Assembly (NCBI GenBank): GCA_043822785.1
Contig: JBDRBN010000043.1
Span: forward strand, 1-41,813
Length of the DNA stretch: 41,813 nucleotides
Direction: 5' to 3'
Source: Pseudomonadota bacterium
GTDB taxonomy: Bacteria > UBA10199 > 2-02-FULL-44-16 > JAAZCA01
Shown here: positions 28,800 to 38,637 of the stretch, piece by piece
Position numbering within the stretch: position 1 is the stretch's first letter
How the letters are laid out: each line of letters starts with the position of its first letter
Notes under the pieces: model-generated
The model's input: the letters and a program-made list of their open reading frames with translations, nothing else
Database searches by the model: none
Told to the model about the DNA's origin: nothing
Made by a program: the position numbers and the translations under genes

Positions 28800-29669
28800 A
28801 TGGCCTTACTTACAAAAAAAAGAAGATTCCTTTCGTTCCTCATCCCTTTGATTTTGGCACTCATATTCTTTTCGTTCGCATCCACAAAAATGCGCAGGGC
28901 TCCTTGGTATATGGAAGCTATGTGGAACATCATATCGCCTCCTCAAAAGGTCGTTACCGAAATCGCCGACGGCCTTAAGGGAATATGGAGGAAATATATT
29001 GCTCTGATAGGAATAGAGGATGAGCGCGATGAGCTTATCGAACGTGTTGGCAAGCTTGAAGGTCAGATCGTAAAGGTTGACGAGATCGAGCAAGAGAATA
29101 AGAGACTGCGTGCATTGCTTGCATATCATGACTCCTTTCCTCAACAAACCATAGTAGCGACCGTTGTGGCTAATGATCCGCGTGCTGAGTTCAAGAGCAT
29201 CACGATCAATCGTGGCAAAAAGGATGGCATTAAGCCTCTGATGCCTGTCATCGGCCCGCGCGGGCTTGTGGGAAAGGTGGGCACGGTTGGCAGTTCCCAC
29301 GCGCGAGTCCTTTTGATAACAGATCCTAACAGTGCGGTCGATGCATTAGTACAAAGATCAAGGGCGCGAGGCATGGTCGTGGGGGCAGCGTGGCGAGTGG
29401 AGCTAGAATCGGGCTACTACATAGCGCGTCTAGAGTATTTGAGGCGCGTGAGCGATATTCGCGATGGCGATGTTGTCGTGACTTCTGGTTTTGATCAGGT
29501 CTTTCCACCCGGTATACCCATCGGCACAGTTCGCAATGTTGCAACAACCCGATACGGCGTCTTCACCAATGCCGATGTTGTTCCATTTGAGGACATGGCC
29601 GAACTGCAACAGGTCCTCGTTGTGCTTAGCGCTAACAATCAAATCGCAAGCAATATGGAGGTGCGATAG
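28800..29669 (+). CDS. mreC: Rod shape-determining protein MreC
   Basis: ENKRLRALL coiled coil, GLVGKV, VTSG..FPPGIPIG; start set at ATG 28800. Confidence 0.93.
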   Translation: MALLTKKRRFLSFLIPLILALIFFSFASTKMRRAPWYMEAMWNIISPPQKVVTEIADGLKGIWRKYIALIGIEDERDELIERVGKLEGQIVKVDEIEQENKRLRALLAYHDSFPQQTIVATVVANDPRAEFKSITINRGKKDGIKPLMPVIGPRGLVGKVGTVGSSHARVLLITDPNSAVDALVQRSRARGMVVGAAWRVELESGYYIARLEYLRRVSDIRDGDVVVTSGFDQVFPPGIPIGTVRNVATTRYGVFTNADVVPFEDMAELQQVLVVLSANNQIASNMEVR

Positions 29670-30191
29670 GTGCGCTTCTTCGTACTCATGGCCATCTATG
29701 GTGTAGTAGCGATTGTTCTGGAGACGACAGTTCTCGCTGGCTTTCCAACTGAGATGCTTCGCTTTGATCTTATGCTCCCGGCTGTCGCAGCGCTTTCCTT
29801 TTACAAAGGTAGGGCACAGGCCATACCTGTAATTATTTTTTTCGGCTTGCTAATGGATGTGGCATCAGCAGCCCCCTTTGGAATGACCGTTCTTTCGTAT
29901 CTCTTCATATATTTTTTTATGCGCCTCATCATAGCCAAGATATCCTTTCAGGAGGGCATAGGGCTTCTTTTTTGGGTAGCCATCATCAGCCTCATGGATA
30001 AAGCAGTTTGCATCATGGTTCTGACCGCATCGACAGGCAAGCTGAAGATGGCTGGCATACTAGTGGAACGAGCGCCTGCTCAGGCACTTTTGGATGCAGC
30101 TGTTGGGCTCTTGTTAGTGCCGCTTCTGGTCAGATACTGGGATCTGTCTTGGCAGAAACTACGAGAGCCGAAGGGGCTTGTTTTAAAATGA
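29670..30191 (+). CDS. mreD: Rod shape-determining protein MreD
   Basis: Hydrophobic membrane protein with GLLMD; located between mreC and mrdA. Confidence 0.85.
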   Translation: MRFFVLMAIYGVVAIVLETTVLAGFPTEMLRFDLMLPAVAALSFYKGRAQAIPVIIFFGLLMDVASAAPFGMTVLSYLFIYFFMRLIIAKISFQEGIGLLFWVAIISLMDKAVCIMVLTASTGKLKMAGILVERAPAQALLDAAVGLLLVPLLVRYWDLSWQKLREPKGLVLK

Positions 30192-30265
30192 GTGATCAGT
30201 GATCAGTCTTCGAATTTACTGGTCACTGATTACTGGTCACTGATTACTGATTACTGGTCACTGAT
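30191..30265. repeat. Heptamer arrays AGTGATC / ACTGGTC-ACTGATT in inverted orientation
   Basis: Fills almost the whole mreD-mrdA spacer. Confidence 0.9.
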
Positions 30266-30267
30266 TT

Positions 30268-32361
30268 ATGCGCCTTATTCAAGAATACACTGCAGATATC
30301 GAACATCGCTTCAAGTATGCATTGATAGCAGTGCTTCTTCTATTTGTGGTGATCGTGGGCAGGCTGTATTACTTACAGATTATCAAAGGGCGTTTTTATC
30401 ACTTCTTCTCCACCGAGAATAGCATCAAGGCCATAAGTGTTCCGGCTGCAAGAGGCATGATATTTGATAGGCGCGGTCAAGTGCTTGTCGACAACCGGCC
30501 ATTGTTTAACATCACCATTACACCTCAATATGTTGTGGATCCAAAGCGCATGGTCGATACGCTTTACAGCCTTTTGCTTGTACCAAAGAGCGAGATCGAA
30601 GAGGTGTGGGAGAAACGAAAGAAGCAGCCATCGTATCAACCTCTCATAATCAAAGAGGATGCGTCCAGAAATGAAATCGCTCTCATCAGGGCGCACAAGA
30701 ATCCATTAACAGATCCAAACGATCCATATGACCTTCGCGGCATAGATGTGGAAGTGAATTATCAGCGCAATTATTCTGAAGGAAACATAGCTACGCACGT
30801 ACTGGGTTATGTGCGCGAGATTGATCCAGAGATGTTGACGAGATATAAAAAAGAATTTCCTGGGATCTACCATCGTGGGGATTATGTGGGCATTCGCGGC
30901 CTTGAAGAGAAGTGGGATTTAGTGCTTCGCGGAAAAGATGGTTATGAGGAGCATGTTGTTGATGCAGTAGGACGTCAGGTTGATTACGAAGGCATAGCTT
31001 CAGAGTTGTCCCACGAGCCATCAGTGGTTGGCGAAAGCCTAAAGCTTACAATAGACCGTGATCTTCAAGAAGTAGCAAAGGAGTTGTTTGGTGAAAGAAA
31101 AGGGGCTGCGGTTGCAATAGATCCTAACGATGGCGCTATACTGGCCATGTACAGCTCACCTTCATATGACTTAAATTGGCTTGTGGGTCCTGGCGGATCT
31201 CAATATTGGAATCAGATCTCCTCATCACCTGAGAAGTATTTGCTCAACAGGGCAATACAGGGAGGTTATCCTCCTGGATCAACTTATAAAATACTCACAG
31301 CCATTGCTGCGCTTTCAGAGGGGGTGGTAAAGCCTGATGAAAATATCGTGTGCAGAGGCTCATATGTTTTTGGTGGCAGGCCATATCACTGTTGGGCAAA
31401 GGGTGGTCATGGGCCTATATCGATTCATCGTGCAATCGTAGCTTCTTGTGATGTGTTTTTCTATAACATGGGACTCAGGCTTGGCGTAGACAGGCTTGCA
31501 AAGTATGCAAACATACTAAGCCTTGGTCGCAAGACAGGCGTGCCGCTGTCAGGAGAAAAAGAAGGTTTGATACCTACCTCTGAGTGGAAGGAGAAGCGAT
31601 TTGGCGTTCCATGGCAGGCTGGTGAAAACCTGTCGATAGCAGTGGGCCAGGGCTATGATGTGGTCACTCCTATCCAGAACGCTTTGCTTGCGGCGCAGGT
31701 TGCAAATGGAGGAAAGAAGCTTGAGTTGCATCTGGTAGATACAGCGTTTGATGTTGAAGGGAATGAGTCCTACAAGTGGCAGTCAAAGAACAAACCAGAG
31801 ATGCTACCGATTGATCCCGAAGTGTTTAAGATCGTGAAGGCGGGAATGGATAACGTTACCAAGCCAGGCGGCACAGCTGGGAGGTTGTCAGCATTTAAGG
31901 TGTCTATGGGTGGAAAGACAGGCACAGCACAAGTTGTGGCACTAGACGGTGGTGCCGTGTGCCGCACCGAGATCTGCCGTGACCATGCATGGTTTATAGG
32001 CTATGCTCCTGCTGAGAATCCAGAGATCGCCGCAGCCGTGGTTGTAGAACACGGCGGCTTTGGTGCATCAGCTGCTGCGCCGATTGTTGGTGAGATGTTG
32101 CAGAGATATTATGATATCGTGCATGGCAGCGTGGCTGAAAACGAGAAAGAGGTTGCTGCAAAGATAAAGAGGGGCATTGAGGAAAGAATAAAAACGTTTA
32201 AGGTTAAAGCTGAGCCTAATGCTATAGCTGAGGCAGAACCTGAGGTTAAGGATGAGGTTGAGGAAACTAAGAGAGATGCTTCGTTTGAGGAGAAGATGCT
32301 GGATTTAGAAATACTCCAGCCAGAGGCTGGTCCGCCTCAGGCGGAAAATCCTAAGCACTGA
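30268..32361 (+). CDS. mrdA: Penicillin-binding protein 2
   Basis: RGMIFDR, PGSTYK (SxxK), SCD, KTGTAQ. Confidence 0.96.
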   Translation: MRLIQEYTADIEHRFKYALIAVLLLFVVIVGRLYYLQIIKGRFYHFFSTENSIKAISVPAARGMIFDRRGQVLVDNRPLFNITITPQYVVDPKRMVDTLYSLLLVPKSEIEEVWEKRKKQPSYQPLIIKEDASRNEIALIRAHKNPLTDPNDPYDLRGIDVEVNYQRNYSEGNIATHVLGYVREIDPEMLTRYKKEFPGIYHRGDYVGIRGLEEKWDLVLRGKDGYEEHVVDAVGRQVDYEGIASELSHEPSVVGESLKLTIDRDLQEVAKELFGERKGAAVAIDPNDGAILAMYSSPSYDLNWLVGPGGSQYWNQISSSPEKYLLNRAIQGGYPPGSTYKILTAIAALSEGVVKPDENIVCRGSYVFGGRPYHCWAKGGHGPISIHRAIVASCDVFFYNMGLRLGVDRLAKYANILSLGRKTGVPLSGEKEGLIPTSEWKEKRFGVPWQAGENLSIAVGQGYDVVTPIQNALLAAQVANGGKKLELHLVDTAFDVEGNESYKWQSKNKPEMLPIDPEVFKIVKAGMDNVTKPGGTAGRLSAFKVSMGGKTGTAQVVALDGGAVCRTEICRDHAWFIGYAPAENPEIAAAVVVEHGGFGASAAAPIVGEMLQRYYDIVHGSVAENEKEVAAKIKRGIEERIKTFKVKAEPNAIAEAEPEVKDEVEETKRDASFEEKMLDLEILQPEAGPPQAENPKH

Positions 32362-32451
32362 TTACCACTGGCAACGTAAAAACAGACGTTGTCTTTCACG
32401 TTGCTTGCCTTGCTGGCATTATTTAATGTTTCTCGCTTTGAAAGGAATTGA

Positions 32452-33561
32452 GTGAAGATATTTTCTCGAAAGCTATCAGAAGGTTTTCACTGGTCATTGG
32501 CCTTGGTCATTGGCGCGCTCGTGATCATAGGTCTTATCAACCTCTACAGTGCAGTCTATTTTTGGGGAGAGGGCGGTGCCACGTCTTTATTTTGGTCACA
32601 GCTGCTTTGGTCCATAATAGGTTTGGGACTCATGTTTGTGGTGATCATAAGCGATTATCGAATATTCTATCGTGCTGCCATTCCCACGTATGCAGTAGTT
32701 TGTGCTCTTTTGGTGTTGGCACTTATATTGGGCAGCGCTGTGCGCGGTACTCATGGGTGGCTCAAGCTGGGCCCCATTTCTCTTCAGCCCGCAGAATTTG
32801 CTAAGATAGCCTATATATTGCTCGCAGCGCGATTTTTTGCAGATCATCCAAATCCAGACGGCTATTCATTGATAGAACTGTGGAAACCGGGCTTAGCCAT
32901 GATCCTTCCTTTTGTGCTCATCCTTATGCAAGGAGATCTTGGCTCTGCACTTTTTCTTATCCTTATCTTCATCTCCATGTCTCTGTTTGCAAAGGTGAGG
33001 CGGCGCACGCTCATTATCTGTACAGTGGTAGGAATAATAGCAGCGGGCAGTTTTTATATGTTTGGTCTTAAGGATTATCAGCGCGATCGCATTTTCACCT
33101 TCTTTAATCCAGAGGCAGATGTGCGAGGCAGCGGTTATCATCTGGTACAGTCGAAGATTGCTGTCGGATCAGGCAGGATCTTGGGTAAAGGTTATCTTAA
33201 AGGAAACATCAACAAGCTAAGATATTTGCCAGAGCGCCATACCGATTTTATTTTCCCTGTCTTTGCTGAGGAATGGGGATTTATAGGTTCGATTATAGTG
33301 ATGGGTCTATATACTGCTCTGCTCATCATGGGTGTGGAGGTGGGCGCACGCGCGCGCGATAGGTTTGGGGCATTTGTGGCTATAGGAGTGGTATCTCTTC
33401 TGTTTTGGCAGATCACTATAAATCTTGGAGGCGTTTTGGGGCTCATGCCCCTAACTGGTGTGACACTTCCGCTCATGAGTTACGGTGGTTCGTCCATGGT
33501 AGCAATATTAGCCTCGTTAGGATTTTTGTTTAACATTCATATGAGGAGATTTAGGTTTTAG
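32452..33561 (+). CDS. rodA: Peptidoglycan glycosyltransferase RodA
   Basis: QPAEFAK, QSKIAVGSG, PERHTDFIF, SYGGSS. Confidence 0.96.
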   Translation: MKIFSRKLSEGFHWSLALVIGALVIIGLINLYSAVYFWGEGGATSLFWSQLLWSIIGLGLMFVVIISDYRIFYRAAIPTYAVVCALLVLALILGSAVRGTHGWLKLGPISLQPAEFAKIAYILLAARFFADHPNPDGYSLIELWKPGLAMILPFVLILMQGDLGSALFLILIFISMSLFAKVRRRTLIICTVVGIIAAGSFYMFGLKDYQRDRIFTFFNPEADVRGSGYHLVQSKIAVGSGRILGKGYLKGNINKLRYLPERHTDFIFPVFAEEWGFIGSIIVMGLYTALLIMGVEVGARARDRFGAFVAIGVVSLLFWQITINLGGVLGLMPLTGVTLPLMSYGGSSMVAILASLGFLFNIHMRRFRF

Positions 33562-33712
33562 CTTTTTAACGCGTCCGCATCCGCGCCTGCTTCCGTATAT
33601 CGGGCACGGAAGCGGACGCGGGCGAGGAAGCGGATATTATGAAAACTCTTGCTATTTATTGTGAGTATTTCTATGAATCTATATTCATAAATTTGATCCA
33701 GGGGAGGAAGAT

Positions 33713-34039
33713 ATGGCAGGAAATGTAATCGAAATCAGTGATGATACCTTCAAGAACGAAGTACTCGATTCTCAGATACCTGTACTGATCGACTTTTGGG
33801 CAGCATGGTGTGGTCCATGCAGGGCATTGGCGCCATCTATTGAAGCAGTTGCAGACGAACAAGCAGGAAAGGTCAAGGTATGCAAGGTGGATGTGGATTC
33901 GAACCCAGCTGTGTCTGGCCAGTATGGAATTCGCAGCATTCCTACAATACTTCTCTTCAAAGGAGGCGAGAAAGTTGGGCAGTTGATGGGTAATGTGCCA
34001 AAGGCAGCAATCGATGATCTATTAAAGAGAACTGTTTGA
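33713..34039 (+). CDS. trxA: Thioredoxin
   Basis: DFWAAWCGPC. Confidence 0.97.
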   Translation: MAGNVIEISDDTFKNEVLDSQIPVLIDFWAAWCGPCRALAPSIEAVADEQAGKVKVCKVDVDSNPAVSGQYGIRSIPTILLFKGGEKVGQLMGNVPKAAIDDLLKRTV

Positions 34040-34069
34040 TTAATATTAATTAGTTAAATGACAAAATAT

Positions 34070-34101
34070 CATCCACTCCTTAAGGGAGTGGATGTTTTTT
34101 T
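34070..34101 (+). terminator. Intrinsic terminator after trxA
   Basis: CATCCACTCC-TTAAG-GGAGTGGATG followed by T7. Confidence 0.85.
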
Positions 34102-34250
34102 CTGAAAAATCAATTTTCTTGACTTTTATTAGGGCTTTCCTTATCCAGTATCCTTATAAATTTCGCGGGGATAAGTAGGAAAAATAATTTGAGCATGTTC
34201 TGACATTTTTAGGGCGTATAGCGTGCTTGATTTGAAAATCGCTTTTTTGT

Positions 34251-34324
34251 GGGCCTTTAGCTCAGCTGGTTAGAGCGCTTGCTCGACACGCAAGAGGTCA
34301 CTGGTTCGATTCCAGTAAGGCCCA
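34251..34324 (+). tRNA. tRNA-Val(GAC), CCA not encoded
   Basis: Acceptor GGGCCTT/AAGGCCC, D-arm GCTC/GAGC, anticodon arm CTTGC-TC GAC AC-GCAAG, T-arm ACTGG-TTCGATT-CCAGT. Confidence 0.95.
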
Positions 34325-34359
34325 CAAAAAACTGAATCAAATTACGAGTTACGGATTTT

Positions 34360-36099
34360 ATGGAAAAGGGCGACAAACAACTGTTGGAACTAGAAAGGCT
34401 TAGGCATTCGGCTGCGCACGTTATGGCTGATGCAGTAAGACATCTATTTCCTGGAGTAAAGATAGCTATAGGTCCAGCTGTAGAGGATGGCTTTTATTAT
34501 GATTTTGATTTCAAACGTCCGTTTTCTCCAGAAGATCTTGCTAGGATCGAAGGGGACATGCAGCACATTGTAGATGCAAACCTTCCCTTTGAATGCAAAG
34601 AGGTAACACGGCAAGATGCAAAAGAGATCTTCAAGGGCGAGCCATATAAGCTTGAGCTTATTGAAGAATTACCTGAGGACGAAATCATAACTATCTATAG
34701 TCATGGCGATTTTGTGGATCTATGCAAGGGACCGCACGTCAATAACACCAGCGAGATTGGGGCCTTTAAACTCTTAAGCGTTGCTGGCGCATATTGGCGC
34801 GGTGATGAAAAAAATGCGCAGTTGCAGCGTATTTACGGCACTGCTTTTTTTACCAAGGAAGAGCTTAACGATTATTTGGCAAAGGTTGAGGAGGCTGCAA
34901 GGCGCGATCATCGCTTGCTAGGCAAAGAGCTTGAGCTATTCTCCACGATGGAGGAGATGGGGCCGGGCCTGGTTCTTTGGCATCCCAAGGGCGCAAGGAT
35001 TCGTCGCGTAATAGAAGACTTCTGGCGCGAAGCTCACGCGAAGAACGGGTATGAAATACTCTACACTCCGCATATCGCGCGTTTGGAGCTCTGGAAGAGA
35101 TCAGGTCATTGGGATTTCTATCGCGAGAATATGTATGCCCCCATGCTCGTGGATGACATCGAGTATGAGCTCAAACCCATGAATTGCCCCTTCCATATTG
35201 AAGTGTACAAAACGCGACTACACAGTTATCGCGAATTTCCTATCAGGTGGGCAGAGTTAGGCACGGTCTATCGGTATGAGCGCTCAGGAGTGCTTCATGG
35301 ACTCATGCGCGTACGCGGGTTCACACAGGATGATGCACATATATTCTGCAAGGATGATCAGCTTGAAGAAGAGATCAGGCGCGTTTTGGATTTTTCACTC
35401 TATGTGCTGCGCTCATTTGGTTTTTCCGAATATGACATCTATCTCTCGACAAAACCTAAGAAGCACGTTGGCAGCGATAGGGTGTGGATGTTGGCAGAGG
35501 ATGCTTTAACCAAAGCACTCGAAGGCGCGAAGCTTGATTATTCAGTAGATCCTGGTGAAGGAGTTTTTTACGGCCCCAAGATAGACATCAAGATCAAGGA
35601 TTCATTAGGCCGGGCTTGGCAATGTACTACCATCCAGGTGGATTTTAATCTGCCTGAGCGCTATCACATGGAATACGTGGGAAAGGATGGAGCAAGGCAT
35701 CAGCCTATCATGATTCATCGGGCTCTCATGGGCTCTTTAGAGCGTTTTTTTGGCGTGCTGATAGAACATTATGCAGGGGCGTTTCCTACGTGGCTTGCTC
35801 CAGTGCAGACAAGCGTCATAACTGTAAGTGAGGCCCAGGCTGATTATGCTGCACACCTTGTATCCCAGCTTCGTGAGCATGGCATTCGTGCTGAGTTGGA
35901 CGATCGCAATGAAAAACTTGGCTTTAAGATCCGTGAGGGCAGATTGTCGAAGGTTCCTTATATGTTGGTTATTGGCGCCAAGGAAACAGAGGCTGGTACG
36001 GTTGCTGTGCGCTCGCGCAATGATGGCGACCTGGGCACCATGAATATATGCGAATTTCTCGAAAAGATTGAGGAGGAGATAGAAAAGAGAGTTTGTTGA
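34360..36099 (+). CDS. thrS: Threonine--tRNA ligase (no N-terminal TGS domain)
   Basis: LRHSAAH, DLCKGPH, KPMNCP, RVRGFTQDDAH. Confidence 0.98.
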   Translation: MEKGDKQLLELERLRHSAAHVMADAVRHLFPGVKIAIGPAVEDGFYYDFDFKRPFSPEDLARIEGDMQHIVDANLPFECKEVTRQDAKEIFKGEPYKLELIEELPEDEIITIYSHGDFVDLCKGPHVNNTSEIGAFKLLSVAGAYWRGDEKNAQLQRIYGTAFFTKEELNDYLAKVEEAARRDHRLLGKELELFSTMEEMGPGLVLWHPKGARIRRVIEDFWREAHAKNGYEILYTPHIARLELWKRSGHWDFYRENMYAPMLVDDIEYELKPMNCPFHIEVYKTRLHSYREFPIRWAELGTVYRYERSGVLHGLMRVRGFTQDDAHIFCKDDQLEEEIRRVLDFSLYVLRSFGFSEYDIYLSTKPKKHVGSDRVWMLAEDALTKALEGAKLDYSVDPGEGVFYGPKIDIKIKDSLGRAWQCTTIQVDFNLPERYHMEYVGKDGARHQPIMIHRALMGSLERFFGVLIEHYAGAFPTWLAPVQTSVITVSEAQADYAAHLVSQLREHGIRAELDDRNEKLGFKIREGRLSKVPYMLVIGAKETEAGTVAVRSRNDGDLGTMNICEFLEKIEEEIEKRVC

Positions 36100-36118
36100 G
36101 AGTTTAGTGCTGGATTTA

Positions 36119-36224
36119 TAAATTCCAAACTCCAAGCACCAAATTCCAAATAAGCACCAAACTCCAATGACCAAAACACATAGGTTATTTGAGTTTGGAA
36201 TTTGGTAATTGGTAATTGGAATTT
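36119..36224. repeat. Degenerate heptamer array in inverted arms, same family as 3534-3682
   Basis: AAATTCC AAACTCC AAGCACC ... TTGGAAT TTGGTAA TTGGAAT. Confidence 0.85.
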
Positions 36225-36243
36225 CAAGTAAGGAGGTGGGCTT

Positions 36244-36798
36244 ATTCGACCTACAATGCACGGTGCGAGGCAGGAACGCGAAAAGGATATGAGAACGAAT
36301 AGACGAATTCGCGTGCCTGAAGTGAGGCTCATTGATGAAAACGGTGAGCAGCTAGGTGTCTTCATAACACATGAGGCGCTCAGACGAGCCGAAGATGCAG
36401 GGCTTGATTTGGTGGAAATTTCGCCCGGGGCTAGGCCACCTGTGTGCAAAATAATGGATTATGGAAAATACAAATACGAACAGAGTAAGAAGAAACAAGA
36501 ACAAAAGAAAAAACAGGCCGTGGTTCTGCTCAAAGAGATAAAGATGCGGCCTGCTACTGATGAGCATGATTTTCAAACAAAGATTCGTCACGTCAGACGC
36601 TTCCTCGAAGACGGAAACAAGGTGAAGATTTCCATCAGGTTCCGGGGTCGCGAGATGGCTCATATGGATCTTGGTCATCAACGTATGAAGAGAGTGGTAG
36701 AAGAGGTCAGGGAATTAGGAGAGGTTGAGAGCTTTCCTAAGATGGAAGGTAGACAGATGTTTATGATGTTGGGCCCTATTAAGAAGAAGGGCTCTTAG
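36244..36798 (+). CDS. infC: Translation initiation factor IF-3 (probable ATT start)
   Basis: [34 protein letters not shown] 7 nt before the in-frame ATT at 36244. Confidence 0.95.
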   Translation: MRPTMHGARQEREKDMRTNRRIRVPEVRLIDENGEQLGVFITHEALRRAEDAGLDLVEISPGARPPVCKIMDYGKYKYEQSKKKQEQKKKQAVVLLKEIKMRPATDEHDFQTKIRHVRRFLEDGNKVKISIRFRGREMAHMDLGHQRMKRVVEEVRELGEVESFPKMEGRQMFMMLGPIKKKGS

Positions 36799-36810
36799 GA
36801 GGAGATGGAT

Positions 36811-37008
36811 ATGCCAAAGCAAAAATCATCACGTGGTGCAGCAAAGCGTTTTAGAGCAACGAAATCCGGCAAGGTCAAGAGAAAGAGATCTAAGCTACGT
36901 CATATTCTGACATCGAAAACTACAAAACAGAAGAGGCGTTTGCGTTCAAAGGGTTATGTTTCTAAGGCTGACAGCAAGAAGATCAAGAAGCTGCTTTTAA
37001 AGGAATAA
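36811..37008 (+). CDS. rpmI: 50S ribosomal protein L35
   Basis: MPKQKS..GAAKRF..HILTSK. Confidence 0.96.
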   Translation: MPKQKSSRGAAKRFRATKSGKVKRKRSKLRHILTSKTTKQKRRLRSKGYVSKADSKKIKKLLLKE

Positions 37009-37127
37009 AATCAGAGGCTAGAAGCCAGAAGGTAGATAACTGCAGAAGGTAGAAGATAGAGAAACACAGCCTAGTGATTTTTTCTAACTTCTGACTTCTA
37101 ACTTCTAGTTTAAGGAAGGAGTGAATT

Positions 37128-37478
37128 ATGCCTAGAGTAAAACGTGGAACCAAGGCGCGCAGGCGCCATAACAAGGTTCTAAAGCAGGTAAAGGGTTTTC
37201 ATGCAGGGCGCAGCAGGCTCATTCGTACAGCCATGGAGGCTGTGGATCATGCGCTGAAATACGCTTATACAGGACGCAAGCTCAAGAAGCGGGATTTTCG
37301 GGCCTTGTGGCAGACGCGTATTGCTGCTGCAACAAAGACGCATGGTACCTCCTACAGTCGCTTCATGGGCGACCTTAAGAAAAAAGGCTCGCAGCTCGAT
37401 CGCAAGATGCTCTCTGAGATGGCTATAAATCATCCAGAGGATTTTGCTGCTGTGGTCACATGGGCAAAAAGTCAGTAA
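37128..37478 (+). CDS. rplT: 50S ribosomal protein L20
   Basis: MPRVKRG, KKRDFRALW, LDRKMLSEMA. Confidence 0.97.
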   Translation: MPRVKRGTKARRRHNKVLKQVKGFHAGRSRLIRTAMEAVDHALKYAYTGRKLKKRDFRALWQTRIAAATKTHGTSYSRFMGDLKKKGSQLDRKMLSEMAINHPEDFAAVVTWAKSQ

Positions 37479-37512
37479 CCAGTAACCAGTGATCAGTGAC
37501 GAGGAGTGAGTT

Positions 37513-38541
37513 GTGAAAGAAAAACTGCTCCAGGAGATAGATCTTCTTAAACAGAAGGCCACATCTGAGCTTGGGACCATCACTGATACTTCTGCCCTTG
37601 AGGCGTTTCGGGTCAAATACTTGGGACGCAAAGGCCTTATAACATCTATCTTAAAATCACTTAAGGATATACCAGCTAATGAGCGCCCTGCTGTTGGCAG
37701 CGAGGTAAACACGCTTAAGCTGGAGATTGAAAATAGACTCAGCGAGCTTCGTGCATCCTTGGGTCAAAGCATGGTCAAAGGCAGGATAGAATCAGAGCGC
37801 CTTGATATCACCATGCCTGGCCGCAGGGTAAGTAAGGGATATCATCATCCGCTTAAGGTTGTGATGCGCGATGTCCAACAGATTTTCACTGACATGGGTT
37901 TCTCGATTTTTCGCGGCCCTGAAATAGAGACAGATTACTACAACTTCGAGGCGCTCGGCATGCCAGCTGATCATCCTGCAAGGGATATGCAGGATACGTT
38001 TTATGTGGAAGGCGATTTTCTTTTAAGAACGCACACGTCGCCAGTTCAAATCCATGTGATGGAAAATCATTCTCCACCCATATGCGCGATATTTCCTGGC
38101 GCTGTTTACAGACGCGACAACGATATCACCCATTCGCCAATGTTCCATCAGGTCGAGGGGTTAATGGTCGATCGCCACATAACCATGGGTGATTTAAAAG
38201 GCGTGCTGTCCACTTTTTGCCATAAGATGTTTGGCAAAGGAGTAGGAGTAAGATTTCGGCCAAGTTATTTTCCTTTCACAGAGCCATCTGCAGAAGTTGA
38301 TATACAGTGTATTCTTTGCGGTGGTTCGGGGTGCAGGGTATGTAAGCACAGCGGGTGGCTAGAGATACTTGGCTGTGGCATGGTGGATCCGACAGTGTTT
38401 GAATATGTAAAGATCGATTCGAAAAAATATAGCGGCTTTGCATTTGGAATGGGCGTGGAGAGGATAGCCATGCTCAAATACGCGATAAACGACATAAGAC
38501 TTTTTTTTGAGAACGATATGAGATTCCTAGAGCAGCTATGA
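37513..38541 (+). CDS. pheS: Phenylalanine--tRNA ligase alpha subunit
   Basis: HPARDMQDTF, LRTHTSPVQ, FPFTEPS, GFAFGMGVER. Confidence 0.98.
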   Translation: MKEKLLQEIDLLKQKATSELGTITDTSALEAFRVKYLGRKGLITSILKSLKDIPANERPAVGSEVNTLKLEIENRLSELRASLGQSMVKGRIESERLDITMPGRRVSKGYHHPLKVVMRDVQQIFTDMGFSIFRGPEIETDYYNFEALGMPADHPARDMQDTFYVEGDFLLRTHTSPVQIHVMENHSPPICAIFPGAVYRRDNDITHSPMFHQVEGLMVDRHITMGDLKGVLSTFCHKMFGKGVGVRFRPSYFPFTEPSAEVDIQCILCGGSGCRVCKHSGWLEILGCGMVDPTVFEYVKIDSKKYSGFAFGMGVERIAMLKYAINDIRLFFENDMRFLEQL

Positions 38542-38637
38542 CTGCCTAGAATCGCTGACTTGGAATCTGGGACTCGGAAATAGGACTTTTAGGTTTTATC
38601 CCTATTCCCTAATCCCTGTTCCCTAAACCCTGATTTT

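Noticed and set aside
37479..37512. pheS attenuator/leader peptide or T-box
   Set aside because: The spacer is only about 34 nt and consists of heptamer repeat plus the SD.
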